From Camelus ferus (Eukaryota), in assembly GCF_009834535.1 (NCBI RefSeq), contig NC_045707.1, positions 62,684,001 through 62,748,000 of the forward strand: DNA of 64,000 nucleotides, in the 5' to 3' direction. The translations under genes and the position numbers were made by a program. How positions within the stretch are numbered: position 1 is the first letter of the stretch; each line of letters opens with the position of its first letter. Below, piece by piece: positions 11,571 through 23,055 of this stretch. Below the pieces are notes generated by a model. The model was given only the letters and a program-made list of their open reading frames with translations, ran no database searches and was not told where the DNA came from.

Positions 11571-13844
11571 GAGTTACTGCTTTAATATCTAATCTATTTC
11601 CGTGTGTAATAATTCTGAATAAATACACATTTTGCAAAATCTTTGCAGACAGACACAACCACATGCTCTATCCTATGCATTTTACTCGGTATAGTTACTC
11701 AAACCACTAATTCTTAAAATATTTACATGACTGATATCAATTAAATAATACAATTGCACTATAAAATGTATGCTTATCTTCTCCTTAACTCATTAGTTAT
11801 TTATTCCAGTGGGGAAAGTATATTAATTAGCAGTGATTCACACAATTAGAGGCATATAAACTTACTGTTAAAATGTTAGGTATTTTTCTTATTGACAGAA
11901 AACCACAAAAAAAGTTATCCCTTGTTCCCTTCAAGTAGACGTGAAAAAGTGTCGTGTCTTCTGGCTGCAAAACAAAAAATAAAAGTAAAAAATTCTGGAA
12001 TTACTGGTTTTATGTGTATTTATGCAGAAGCATAAAATGTGAAGGCTACCAAATACAGATATAACAAACCAATCCTATTGCAATTCATCCTGCTTCCTTT
12101 CAATTGCGTAGCAACAAGATCTTCCTAAGATCATCTTAGGGATGATATATTAAAATTATTCTAGATGCTACTTTTCTAGCTAAGATCAGAGTTTAATTCA
12201 TCCTGGACTATAAACACACAGAGCAGGAAATAAATACTTCTTACGTTATTTCTCAAGATTTTCATTTTTCAAGGTAGCCACTAGAATTTATCTCCAGATC
12301 ATTATGACGGTAAATTGTCTTTCTTCAAATATATAGCCAAAAAATCAAGGAAGCTTACCAAAAGACATAATTTACTGGCATGGGGTCCTAAGACTAACCT
12401 AAAAAGCTTACGTGTTTTTTAATAAAATGAAAGTCACATAAATATAACATCTCATGGAGTCATACAATATTAGAGCAGTAACTTCCTTTCAGAAATCTGC
12501 TCAGACTGTCGATTAGTTGACTTAACTAAGTGGACCAGCTAGTCAATGGCAGAACTACCCCTAAAACTCATGTCTTGAAGCATACAATCCTCTGCAGTTT
12601 TACTAACGTGATGGCACTTCTACAACTATTTATTTCCTACCCAAATCATGACATATTTGGAAATATTTATCTCCTATACTTTAATGTAAAATAAAATGAG
12701 TACTTTTGAGACAGATTAACAGTTCTTAGGAGCAGGGAAAATACTACAGTGCAGTTTTTTTCTGGAGGGCCATTTACATACATTCTGCACCATCTTCTCT
12801 GAGCTAGCATCAAGTGCACCGAGAATTTGCATGAGACCATCAGTTCATCCTCTAAGAACAAACTTTTAAGATTACATAATAATCTGATTTTTTGCAATCA
12901 GGCAGCAAGCACAATTTTCAGGATAGTTTTATGTGTAAATCCCCAAATCACAAAAACAAAGCCATCAGTGTATTTATATCGTGATTTTATTTCTTTTTAC
13001 CCAAAGTTGTGTTCTCCATTGTGCTATTAACCCTTACATTCTTAAAAAATACTGGAGGTTTTATATTCTTTTAGATTTTAAAACTTAGGTTACACGTTTG
13101 GAACTAATACTTTTAGACACTTCTGACTAGTTTCTCACAACGTATGGGGCTGCTATCTTGAGGCAAACAATGTAGCATGGTGTCTTAAACATTTCTCCAT
13201 TGAGAAGTGATCTTTTAAAACCCGTTGTCCTCTCCACTGCCCTGAAAAACCTGTTTACAGCCCTGCATTCAGGAGTGAGGGTGGATTATTAGATTCAGGT
13301 TTTTTTTTTCTTTTTGGAATACAGTTTAACTCCAATTTTCCAGATACTGAATCTATTTAAAATCATTGGTTGCTTTAGATTTTCACTTGACAGTATAATA
13401 CTTTGAAAATTTGCCTTAATTCCTTGTAAATATCTGATTTAAGATACATTCAAAATACAATGTGGAGAAAAGTCGACCCCTTAGTAATTGCAATAAATCA
13501 TTCTGTTACAAGAATTTAGAGACAGTTTTAATAATTTTGTAAGTTTTCTAAGTTTATCTTTTTTTAGTGCCACTTGTGTAATTGGACTCATTACTTATAA
13601 TAGTAGAAATCTAGGAGCAAATGCTAGCATATGTTTAGAATATAAAATGCCCTTATACATAAAATATATGAAGTACAGATCACTAAAAATATCACCTTCA
13701 TTACTAATGTCTTGAAATAACCAACATTAATATTTTGTTTCAGAGAGTAACAGTGTTTCCAAGTAATTATATTTTTTAATGAACAAGGGATAGCATGCTT
13801 TATACTGTTTTGTAGCATGCTTTTTTTCCTTAAAAATAATCAAC

Positions 13845-14052
13845 ATAAAATGTACAACATCAAGAGTGAGTCCTAATGTAAACTTGACTATAAAATAAAC
13901 TTGAGGTGATAATGATGTATCAGTGTAGGTTCACGTATTGTAACAAATGTACCAGTCAGGATGTTGATAGTGGGAGAGGCCATGCATGTATGGGGACAGA
14001 GAGCATATGGGAACTCTCTGTACTTTTCACTCAGTGTTTTTGTGAACCTATT
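13845..14052 (+). mobile_element. L1MC-like 3' end
   Basis: tgtacaacatcaagagtgagtcctaatgtaaac...ttgtaacaaatgtacc...atatgggaactctctgtactt...ttttgtgaaccta. Confidence 0.85.
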
Positions 14053-14419
14053 TATATAAACATATATTTTATATATAGAGAGAGAGAATGTAAGATCATC
14101 CTATGTTCAATAAACAAGCGTTGTAAAATTATTGTAAGATTTAACAATTTAGTTTATTTAAACAAATGTATTTTATTTGTGTACATATATGTGTCACTGC
14201 AGTGAACACACCTATATCTACGATAGATTCCCAGCCATAGAACAGTTGAGTCAGGGCACTGTGTATTCCAAGGGTTTTGATTTATATTACTTCTTTCCTT
14301 CTACAATGTTTAGTCTTAGTTCATTTTTGTTTCAATTTAAGACGTGCTATATACCATGCTTATTATAATTTGTACTGTTACGATTATTTATAAGACTGAC
14401 CACATTTTTTATACATCTC

Positions 14420-15600
14420 ATCATTCATTTATCCATTCTTTCAGCTATAATTTCTAGCTCTAATATATGACTGGCAATATACTAGGTCCTATATACCCAG
14501 CCACAAACAAAAGCAACAGAAACCCCTGTCTTTATGGAATGTACATTATACAAAGGGAGAGACAATGTTTAAAAGATAAGCAAAATATATATTATGCTAG
14601 AGAAAAACAGAAGGGAAATACTTGACTATGTGGGGCTGTTGCAATTTAACACAGAATGGTTAGAGACGATTCACAGATGTCATGACATTTGAACAGAGAT
14701 TTAAAGGGGCTGATGGCTCGTTCCAGGACAGTAATGACAGAAGTGGTGAGAAGTGTTCATATTTTGGTACATTTAAAGGTAGACCAATAAGATTGGCCAC
14801 ATACTGCGTTCTAATGTCTGTTGGACATGAAATGGGAAGGTCATCAAGTCATTTAAAAATATGAGTCTGAAAGTCAGTGGGAGGAAGTCTAGACTGAAGA
14901 TATACGGCTGGAGATCTTTAGTCTATCAGTGACAATGAAAACCATCCGCCTGTATAAAACCATAAAGGGAATGAAAATAGATAAAGAAGAGAAGACAGAC
15001 AAGGACCTAATCCTAGGATGCCACCACCATTTAGAGGTTGGAGAGAGACTGGAGGTGACTCAGAAATAGCAGAGTGACATTGCACAGCCAAGGAAGTGTG
15101 ACATGAAAAAAAAAATCATGATGATGTTTTATAAATGAGGCAGTGATCGACTGGATCAGATGCTGCCAGTAGGTCAAGTAAAATAAAATTTGAGAATTGG
15201 CCACTAGGCATAGAGTCGTGGTGACACTGATGTGCAGTTTCATTGGTACAAAGAGACTAGACTGAGTCAAAGAAATGAAGACAGAAAAGAAACTAGGTAA
15301 TAGTGAGTATAGATGACTCTTTCCAGAGATTTTCCTATAGGAGGGGCCAGAATAATCGAGCAGTATCTGAACCAAAAATGTGAAGTTTTGGGGTTTTTTT
15401 GTAAAAGATACTTTTAAGATGGGAGGAAATACAGTATATTTGTACATTGATGGGCATAATCTGTCAGAGGAGATTATGCTGCAGGAGATACATTAAGATG
15501 TAGGAGACTGAGTAGAGAATTAATGGAGCTATTGGGCAAGAGAAAGTGGTAAATGGCACTATCTGGGAAGTATATATTCTTCCTTTCACCCAGTAATTTC
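14420..15600 (-). mobile_element. L2 LINE (L2a-like), internally deleted, with a reverse-transcriptase relic
   Basis: (ttca)n tail at ~14420; the minus strand at 15143-15208 translates PSGQFSNFILLDLLAASDPVDH, a decayed form of the LINE RT motif LLDLSAAFDTVDH. Confidence 0.85.
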
Positions 15601-15609
15601 AACTGTGTT

Positions 15610-15631
15610 TGTGTGTGTGTGTGTGTGTGTA

Positions 15632-15664
<33 letters not shown>
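15610..15664. repeat. Compound (TG)n(AG)n microsatellite
   Basis: Seen directly. Confidence 0.97.
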
Positions 15665-15666
<2 letters not shown>

Positions 15667-15667
15667 C

Positions 15668-16160
15668 TAATAGCAACAACAAAAAGAAACCTAGAAACAA
15701 CCAGAATTTCCATTCAGCAAAAGAATGGATGAATAAATTGGGGTGCAGTCATGCAATAGGATACATAAAGAAAGGAAAAATGGCAAATTGCTGCTACATA
15801 CATCACATTGGGTGAATTTCAAAATCACAAATTTGAGTAAAAATATATATATCATTGTAATATACACAGTATATGATTTCTTTTATAGCAATGTAAAAAA
15901 GAAAGCAAAACTAAATCATAGATGGTATATATTTATACACACACACACACACACACACTAAACAGCAAAAATTTGGGGTTTGAGTTTCACAAAATTCAGA
16001 GTGCTAGCCTCTGGCAGGGAGGTAGATCTAACCAGAGAAGGACCCATGAGCAGCCCTGATGATTATTTTCTATTTATGTATCTTGGTTGAAACATAAAAA
16101 TGTCAAGTTTTATTATTCCTCTTCAAATTGGACCCATGTGTCACATATAATCTTCCCTAT
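15668..16160 (+). mobile_element. L1ME-like 3' region, containing (AC)11 at 15937-15958
   Basis: ctagaaacaaccagaatttccattcagcaaaagaatggatgaataaattg is the L1 ORF2 C-terminus/3' UTR signature. Confidence 0.8.
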
Positions 16161-17220
16161 TTTATTTCTTAAACTTTTTGATAAAAATATATTCTCAGTG
16201 CATTAAGATATTTTTTCCCTTTACATCAAGGTTCTCTTGAGCCATGTGATTCTGATATACTTTGACATCTGGCAAGTTGGTTATAGCTTTTCCTCCTTTA
16301 ACCTTACCTTAGGAAATTCTCTTTCCCTTTGTCCAGTTATCTCATACTTTGGTTTATTTTATTTTTGCATCTCTAACTTCTTTGAAAGCTTGAAGTATGT
16401 GATAGCTAAAATAGTTTCAGTTTTTCCTAAGTAATTTTTTAAGCATTCACTCTTCCAAGATTTCTGTGTAGACGAAGTCTTACCCCTTCACTTCACAGAT
16501 TGTTTTTGGTGTACCGTGTTTCGTGCTGATTCATTACTGTGTTATCCTCATTCATGCTGGAATGTTGTTATTGTCTCTATATAGCCTGGTCAGGAGTCAC
16601 ACTAAATTACTGTTAGTAGATTTCCATTGTGCCCTGTCATTATTCACGCGTTAGAATTTCCCTCTATCCTCCTCTCAGAGTTCCAAAGACAATTACAAAT
16701 TCACAATTAAATCCTTATTGTGAAAAAGAAAATAAACAGTGCACATAGAGCAAAAATTTCTTGTGAACCATCTACTTCTCCAATAGTTGCCCTCTCCCCC
16801 GGGGGCTATGAATAATTTCTCTTAAAATCAATCTGTTAATATATTGTAAATTTAATCCATTTAAACAAGAACTTGTTTTTCAAAATTGATGTCTGAATTG
16901 CAAAAGTAATACATACCATGTGGATTTTTAGGAACTTAGTTTATATATGGCTGCTTTATGAATGTGTCTCAGTCCTTCTGGTCCTCTATTTATAGGTATA
17001 TATTCTTACTCTGTATTTATAATGATATTTTTTCCTCGGTTTAAGTTTTAGCACTTTTATTTTTGTTTCATGCCTCAAGTCTTTGTTCATGAGGATGCAG
17101 GTAGAACCCTTCCTTGTTTCATCTCCTGTTTTATTAGTCGTTAAATAATGTTGTTGGTAGCTGGCTTAAGATGGTTAATTTAATCATTTTATAAAAGTGA
17201 TGAGGAGGAGGAGGACAAAC

Positions 17221-17445
17221 GCTGACATTTACTGAGAAGTCCTAACAATATGTTACACACCAATATAAGTACTTTACATGCATTGTCTCACTTCATCTTC
17301 CTACCCCGCCAATGGCATAATGCAGACACTGAGGCTTTCAAGGGCTGACAAGGATTACTTAGCTAGTCAGTGGTGTGGTAGAACTCAAACTTAGTCTGCG
17401 TGAATGCAAAAAGTCAACAATCCTACTTAAATAGTCACTATGCTA
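17221..17445 (-). mobile_element. MIR SINE
   Basis: gctgacatttactgag...actttacatgcattgtctca...gacactgaggc. Confidence 0.7.
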
Positions 17446-18314
17446 TTTATCTAATAATATTTTTAAAGGTCCAAAGCGTATTAGAGAAGTGAATCAAACA
17501 TCAAAGCAGGTATATTTAAGTACATTAAAATGTTAAGGATTCATATAGCAGGTAATAACAGGTAAATAGATTATTTTTTAAAACAAGAGCAAGATTAGTT
17601 GAACTTTCCCTTCTTCACTATTCCTTTTCTTTTTTCCCCTGTGTTTCTCTGTTTCATCTCTGTCTCACTTAAATTACACTTCCACAAAATAGAGTTGTAA
17701 ACCCTTGGAGCAGATGAAGTTTATAACCTTTGCGCTGAGTTCATTGCCTTGCCTGTGGGCCGTTGTACATTTGACCACCACCTGTATTTTGATTGTACAA
17801 CTTGGTCACTTAAAGTTCTGGGCTTGTTTTATTTTGTGCAAAAAGTTGTTCCAGAGTTCTACTTTTGTAAATATTCAAGCCTCACTCTTTTCCTTCATCC
17901 TGCTAATTTAACACCTTTTTTTTTTTTTTTCCGTTGGACCAAAATGACGTTAATTATATTCCACAATATTTCCTGGCAAGAAAGCAAGCAAAGAGTAAAA
18001 CCCAGCCACCTTTCCCGGCATTCTAGTGGGCAATTGAAAGAAATCAGTTGGGCTTTGTGTAATTTCCCTAATACACATTCCCGTTGGTTCCTGTGTTGCT
18101 TACTGAACACTTGCATGTGGGAGGCAACAAGTAGCATCTATAATAGACAGAGCAGTAGACCCAGGCAGGGGTGGCCGAAAGCCCCAGCAGACACGAGCAT
18201 TTGTCTTGGGTGTTAGGACAAAAAGACCAGGAAAGCCAATTTACTTCCAGAAACAAAACTAAAACTCAACCAGGAAAAAAAGGCAGCGGTAGAGGAGGTC
18301 ATGTGAGAGATCGT

Positions 18315-18530
18315 AAGTTAGGGGTCTGGCAGAACCAAGGTGCAAGCACAACTACACCCATATCAGTTACATGACTTTTCTGAAAATTACTAGATTCTGA
18401 GTCAAGCGTCTTCATGTTCAAAATGAGGACAATTCAACCTTGGGGATAGTATTTAGGTTAGATATAAATATACAGAGTTACCAAGTATCTGGTACACAGT
18501 ACATCGCAAACCGTGATTAAGTGCTATCTT
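18315..18530 (+). mobile_element. MIR SINE
   Basis: catgttcaaaatgaggacaat...agtatctggtacacagta. Confidence 0.6.
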
Positions 18531-18579
18531 TTATAATTGACGAGTCTGTGTACTTGAGCTGTGAATCTGCAGAGCGGGC

Positions 18580-18867
18580 ACAAATGTAATGAAATCATGA
18601 GACCAGTGCAGCGAGTATGCGGAAGGCTGAGGTAGCAGTGGCCGCAGAGCCAGAGGCAATGGCCAGGGTCCAGCTGGCTCACGGCTCTGTGGGATGCACG
18701 CTGCTGTCTCTGTGGTCCTGTACAGGCTGCGCCTCACCTGCCTTGGCTATTGCTCAAGATCGGTTCTCTAGCTTTCCTACCTATGGTTCACCTGAAACCC
18801 TTCCAGAAAAGTCTGTTTCTGCTTAATTTGTTTCTGTTATTTGTAATTGCAAACCATGAGTAGGACA
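18580..18867 (+). mobile_element. Ancient ERVL/MaLR 5' LTR (partial)
   Basis: LTR-type 3' end tctgtttctgcttaa...tttctgttatttgtaa...taggaca, followed directly by gaaattgg, the typical start of an internal region. Confidence 0.6.
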
Positions 18868-19570
18868 GAAATTGGAGTGGTTTCTAAGAACAGACCTTCA
18901 GGGATATAGAGAAATCTGGGCTTTGTCTCAGGCATATTTGGGGCTGCAGATAATCAGCATTCAACGGAGCATTAGAAGAGATTTGTGATTCCACTGTGTA
19001 CAGTTGGGAACGAGCGATCTAATCTGTTTCTATGGTCACCTGAAATAACGTGCCTCACTGGAAAACAGTCTTCCAGGTCTGAGTGGCAGCTGCCATAATC
19101 CAGTGTGAGGGGCATGAGGAACAAAAAAATGATCATTTATTTCACACTTAGTAAGGAAGAGAGTGGCAAGATCAGATTTCTAAATTCTCAGTTGAAGGTA
19201 AAGATTGAAATTCAAGCCCCTCGTAGACCCAAAGAGCCTCCATAAAGGAAACTAGCATAGGTTCCAGGAGGCTGTCAGATTACAAAAGGAAGCAATTCCC
19301 CAGCCTGCTTTGGTCTCTGATGTGAAATTTAAGACATTTGTGGGGAAGCAGTTGAACACTGATCATTGGGAAGGGGACATATAAGAGATTAAACAGACTC
19401 AGAGTATCCTGAAACCCAAATCAGTTTATTTCCGCCGTCTGAAGGATCATTCTGCTGACTTGAAGGAGTTTCCTTGAAAAGAGAAGCTATTTTTCCTAAT
19501 GGCCCCCACTCTTCATCCCTGTTTGTCTTTAGCTGGTAACTCCAGATTCCAGCACTCACCAGGAGAAACA
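18868..19570 (+). pseudogene. ERVL/MaLR internal region with a decayed gag relic
   Basis: From 19153: KEESGKIRFLNSQLKVK; from 19301: QPALVSDVKFKTFVGKQLNTDHWEGDI*. These resemble ERVL gag motifs (..LNSQLK.., VKVRALIGKEWDPENWDGDIW), with a frameshift between blocks and a stop. Confidence 0.75.
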
Positions 19571-19727
19571 TTTAAAAAACAAGCAAAAAACCTAGGGGGG
19601 GGGGGGGAAGGCTTGTAACTCTAAAATAGCTGTGATATTTTAATAACTTGACAAAATTCCATGAAATATAATTCAGGATGACTTCTGAGGGGGCTGAGTC
19701 AATACAACACAGACAAATTGATCTGTA

Positions 19728-19809
19728 TCTCTCTCTCTCTCTCTCTCTCTCAATAGATTGATAGATAGATTTGTTGTTGTTTTTTTTTGTTTGTTTGTTT
19801 GTTTTTTTT
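19728..19809. repeat. (TC)n + (GATA) + (GTT/GTTT) compound simple repeat
   Basis: Seen directly. Confidence 0.9.
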
Positions 19810-19829
19810 TACTTTAACTGGATTAGAAC

Positions 19830-20071
19830 TAAAATTCCAGTGGTATGGAAATAAAAGGCCAGAGTTGTCAAGGCCACAGGGGCAACACCAGCACCATCAA
19901 TAAAAATCATTATTATCCTAAACTCTGCGCTCCTGCCATGCTCTCTTGTCTCTGCCTTTTTCTGGTTTCTTCCTAAACCCAGCCTCCCCATGGATTCTGG
20001 TACCTACCTAATAGACTTCTGAGATGTTCCCTTTGGCATAAGTTAGCCAGTGTTCATTCCTGACTAGTACA
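19830..20071 (+). mobile_element. Ancient ERVL/MaLR LTR 3' part (possible 3' LTR)
   Basis: cagcctccccatggattctg...gttccctttggcataagttagccagtgt...tgactagtaca. Confidence 0.55.
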
Positions 20072-20611
20072 GGAGATGTCAACGACACTAGCTCTGTTAC
20101 TAATTCTCAGAATGCTGTTACATAAATGTGTAGTGTTATTAGGAATAATAACGAGTCAGATTTCTAATATGGCCATCAGGATGCCCTTTGAATTTGCTAG
20201 TCTGCAACTGAACTCTAATAAATAGATTATAGAATTAAATATTAAACATTCAACAAAGAAAAATAAGTTATTCTACTACCATTATTAATTTCTTGCCTCT
20301 CTTCAGTTATTATGGAATTACATCCAGGGTTTACTTGCACAATTAAATTTTTGATTGTAATTTTTCCATAGTCGTAGGCAAGGTTGTTCAGAATAAGTGC
20401 TCTATAATGTAAATAAAAGACACTGCCCAACACTAGAGAAAAATATGTATTTAAGTTCCTTATGGTACCCTAAAAAAATGCGGTTAGTAATTTGTTCAAT
20501 CCCTAAGTTCCTAGTCATCTATGAAAGCACCCTGCAAATACCTAAATTTACCACAACTATAATTTCAGTCTGAAATCATGAACCACAAATGTCAATATGA
20601 GGAGCTTTAGT

Positions 20612-21482
20612 TGTTCTGAGACCATTTTCCAATATGTGGGTATGTGTGGACAGGGGCTTTATCTACACCAAGGGCAGCAAGCAGTGCTCCGGACACCAGC
20701 TCAGTGTCCTACAATTCAACTCAGTTCCAATACTATCTACCCAGAGATAGCATCAGATCACGCCAGTCAAGGGTTTAGCCTCACAAGACTGCTGCTCGTT
20801 TAGGTGCCAACCCCGATCCCAAATCATCACCAGTGCTGCTGACCAATAAGCTATAGACTGGAGAGTCCAACAACTGCTTCCAATTCAGGACATCAATCAC
20901 AAATCTGGTTGTTACCTGTATTTCTAAACTCAGGAAACCCATTAACTAACTAAACTATTGGTTTTATAATATGAAAGGATATAACTCAGGATGGAATAAT
21001 ATGAAAGGATACAACTCAGCCAGATGGAAGAGATGCATAGGATAAGATATGGGGAAAAAGTCACAGAGCTTCCAGGCCCTTTCCAGGCACCATTTTTCCT
21101 GCATTTCCATGTGTTGACCAACCAGAAGCTCTCCAAACCCTATTCTTTTGGGTTTTCATGGAGCCTTTATTACATAGTCATGATTGATTAAATCTTTGGC
21201 CACCGATGATTGATTCATCCTCTAGGCCCTCTCCCCTCTCCCCTCTCCCCTTCCCAATGGTTGAGGGATGGCACTGCAAGTTCCAACTAACCAGTCACAA
21301 GGTTGTTTCTCCTGACAATCAGCTTCCATCCTTAGGTGGGATCTAAAAGTCACCTCATTAAATAACAAAAGATACCTTCATATTTCTCATCACTTAGGAA
21401 ATTTGGAAGGTTTTAGGAACTCTGTGCCAGAAATAGGGATGAAAACCATATATATATATATGTTATAAATCACAATACTACA
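20612..21482 (-). mobile_element. MER21-family LTR, near full length
   Basis: Reverse complement starts TGTAGTATTGTGATTTATAA...CTGGCACAGAGTTCCTAAAACC; also contains ggacaccagctcagtgtcctacaattcaactcagttc and ccagatggaagagatgcatagg. Confidence 0.85.
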
Positions 21483-21989
21483 AGGAAATAAAGCTTCCAA
21501 CTTTGGCACAAATTAAAATAGTGTTTATTTGACTATGCTACATTGAGAAGTTTGAAGTAATTTATTTTATATTTGTTAACTGATAGAGTAATATATATTA
21601 AAATGCATTTAAGTAGAAAATTTTTGTAATGTTTTAAACACTAATAATATATTCATAACAAAAATTTCAATACTATAAACATTATTTTAAGTATCTTTAA
21701 CACTTTGTTTCAAATTCTAAAAATCTATCTTATGTAGTATTACCTATCCTACTCAAAAGTGATTACATTTTACTGTAGATATTTTCTTGCATTTGTTACT
21801 ATCTAAAATTATATTTCTTTCACTTGTTTAATTTCTAATCAGAAATTAGTCTAGAAGCATCCCCATCAGGTTAAAGATTTTGTTGGTCATTCTTACAACT
21901 ATCAACCCATTACCTAGAGAAATACTGAGGACAAAGTGAGATAAAATTTTGCTTAATTTTTAGTTCCTTTGGTGCAAAAGAAACATTTA

Positions 21990-22167
21990 CTCCAATTCAT
22001 AACTTATTAACCCTATGACTTTAGATAAATACTGTCCCTCATAAGCCTCCATTTGCTCACCAGCAAGCTAAAGATAATGGTATTCCTCTGAGGATATAAC
22101 AAGAAAACACTGGATAATGTATGAAAAAGACTGACTCATAGAAGGTACTCAGCATTTGCTAATTATC
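21990..22167 (+). mobile_element. MIR SINE
   Basis: ctatgactttagataaatact...gcctccatttgctcac...catagaaggtactcag. Confidence 0.6.
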
Positions 22168-22309
22168 TTCTTTCTTTAAGCTATTGCTTATATTAACTCG
22201 ATCATATTAGCCACATACCTATTAGCACTAATAATGAATATAGACAATAGAATTAACACTTAAAATGTATTAGGCTAATGAGCTAATTTTTTTTATGTTA
22301 CTATGTTTT

Positions 22310-23055
22310 ATGTTTATTTCAATTAACTGATCTGTATTTAACTGATTCACTGGATTAACTGACACACCATTCCCCATATAAAGTAAATCAACTGATAACC
22401 AATGTAAACTAAAAGCTTGTGGTTAACACTGTCATATCCTTCTGCATTTTTTTCCCTTCTGACAATTAAATTTGCATGCTTACCAAGAGTCATTAGTTTT
22501 TCTTTCTATATCTATTTATGCAAATTGTCTTGTCATTGCATTACATAACAAATTAAATATTAAATAAACCTTATAAATTAAACCAGTGATATATAACTAA
22601 AAAAAAAACCTGAAAAAATATTTTTCTAATTAATTTAAGTGAATGGCTTTGAAAACTCTAAGTAGAAGTAGCTGATAAAAAAAAAGTATTCTGCCAAATT
22701 TGGTGTAGGTAAGAATACTGAAGAAAAAAAATCACAAAATTTTTAAAGGACTATACCTTTAAATTGCTTCTCAACTATTCTTAATTCTCTACATTTTGAA
22801 GAAATAAATATTTAAAATTTTACACCATGTATTACACACATGGTTTGTGTAAAAAAGAGATCACAAAGCTTTTTTTTGACCTGCACTCAAAGAAAGGGCC
22901 CTGGATTTACAAAAACGAATGGCCATTTATATGTTTTTATTTTAAAGTAAGCATTTAATTTATATATTGCATTTTATAGGTTCCCACGCAAACTACATTT
23001 TCAGATACACAATAAACTTCCAGTCTTGATTATGTGTGATAAGAAGGTTTCTCCA
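22310..23055 (+). mobile_element. Tigger13a-like TcMar DNA transposon with a transposase N-terminal relic
   Basis: ttaactgatctgtatttaactgattcactggattaactga...ccattccc start; decayed peptide blocks SAKFGVGKNT, VLHTWFV*, PALKERALDL (CENP-B-type HTH); end gataagaaggtttct. Confidence 0.75.

Noticed and set aside
15031..15447. 138-aa minus-strand ORF
   Set aside because: Lies within a decayed L2; the RT motif relic is in a different, interrupted frame.
17749..18216. 155-aa ORF
   Set aside because: Non-ATG start, crosses a poly(T) run, no recognisable domain or exon structure.
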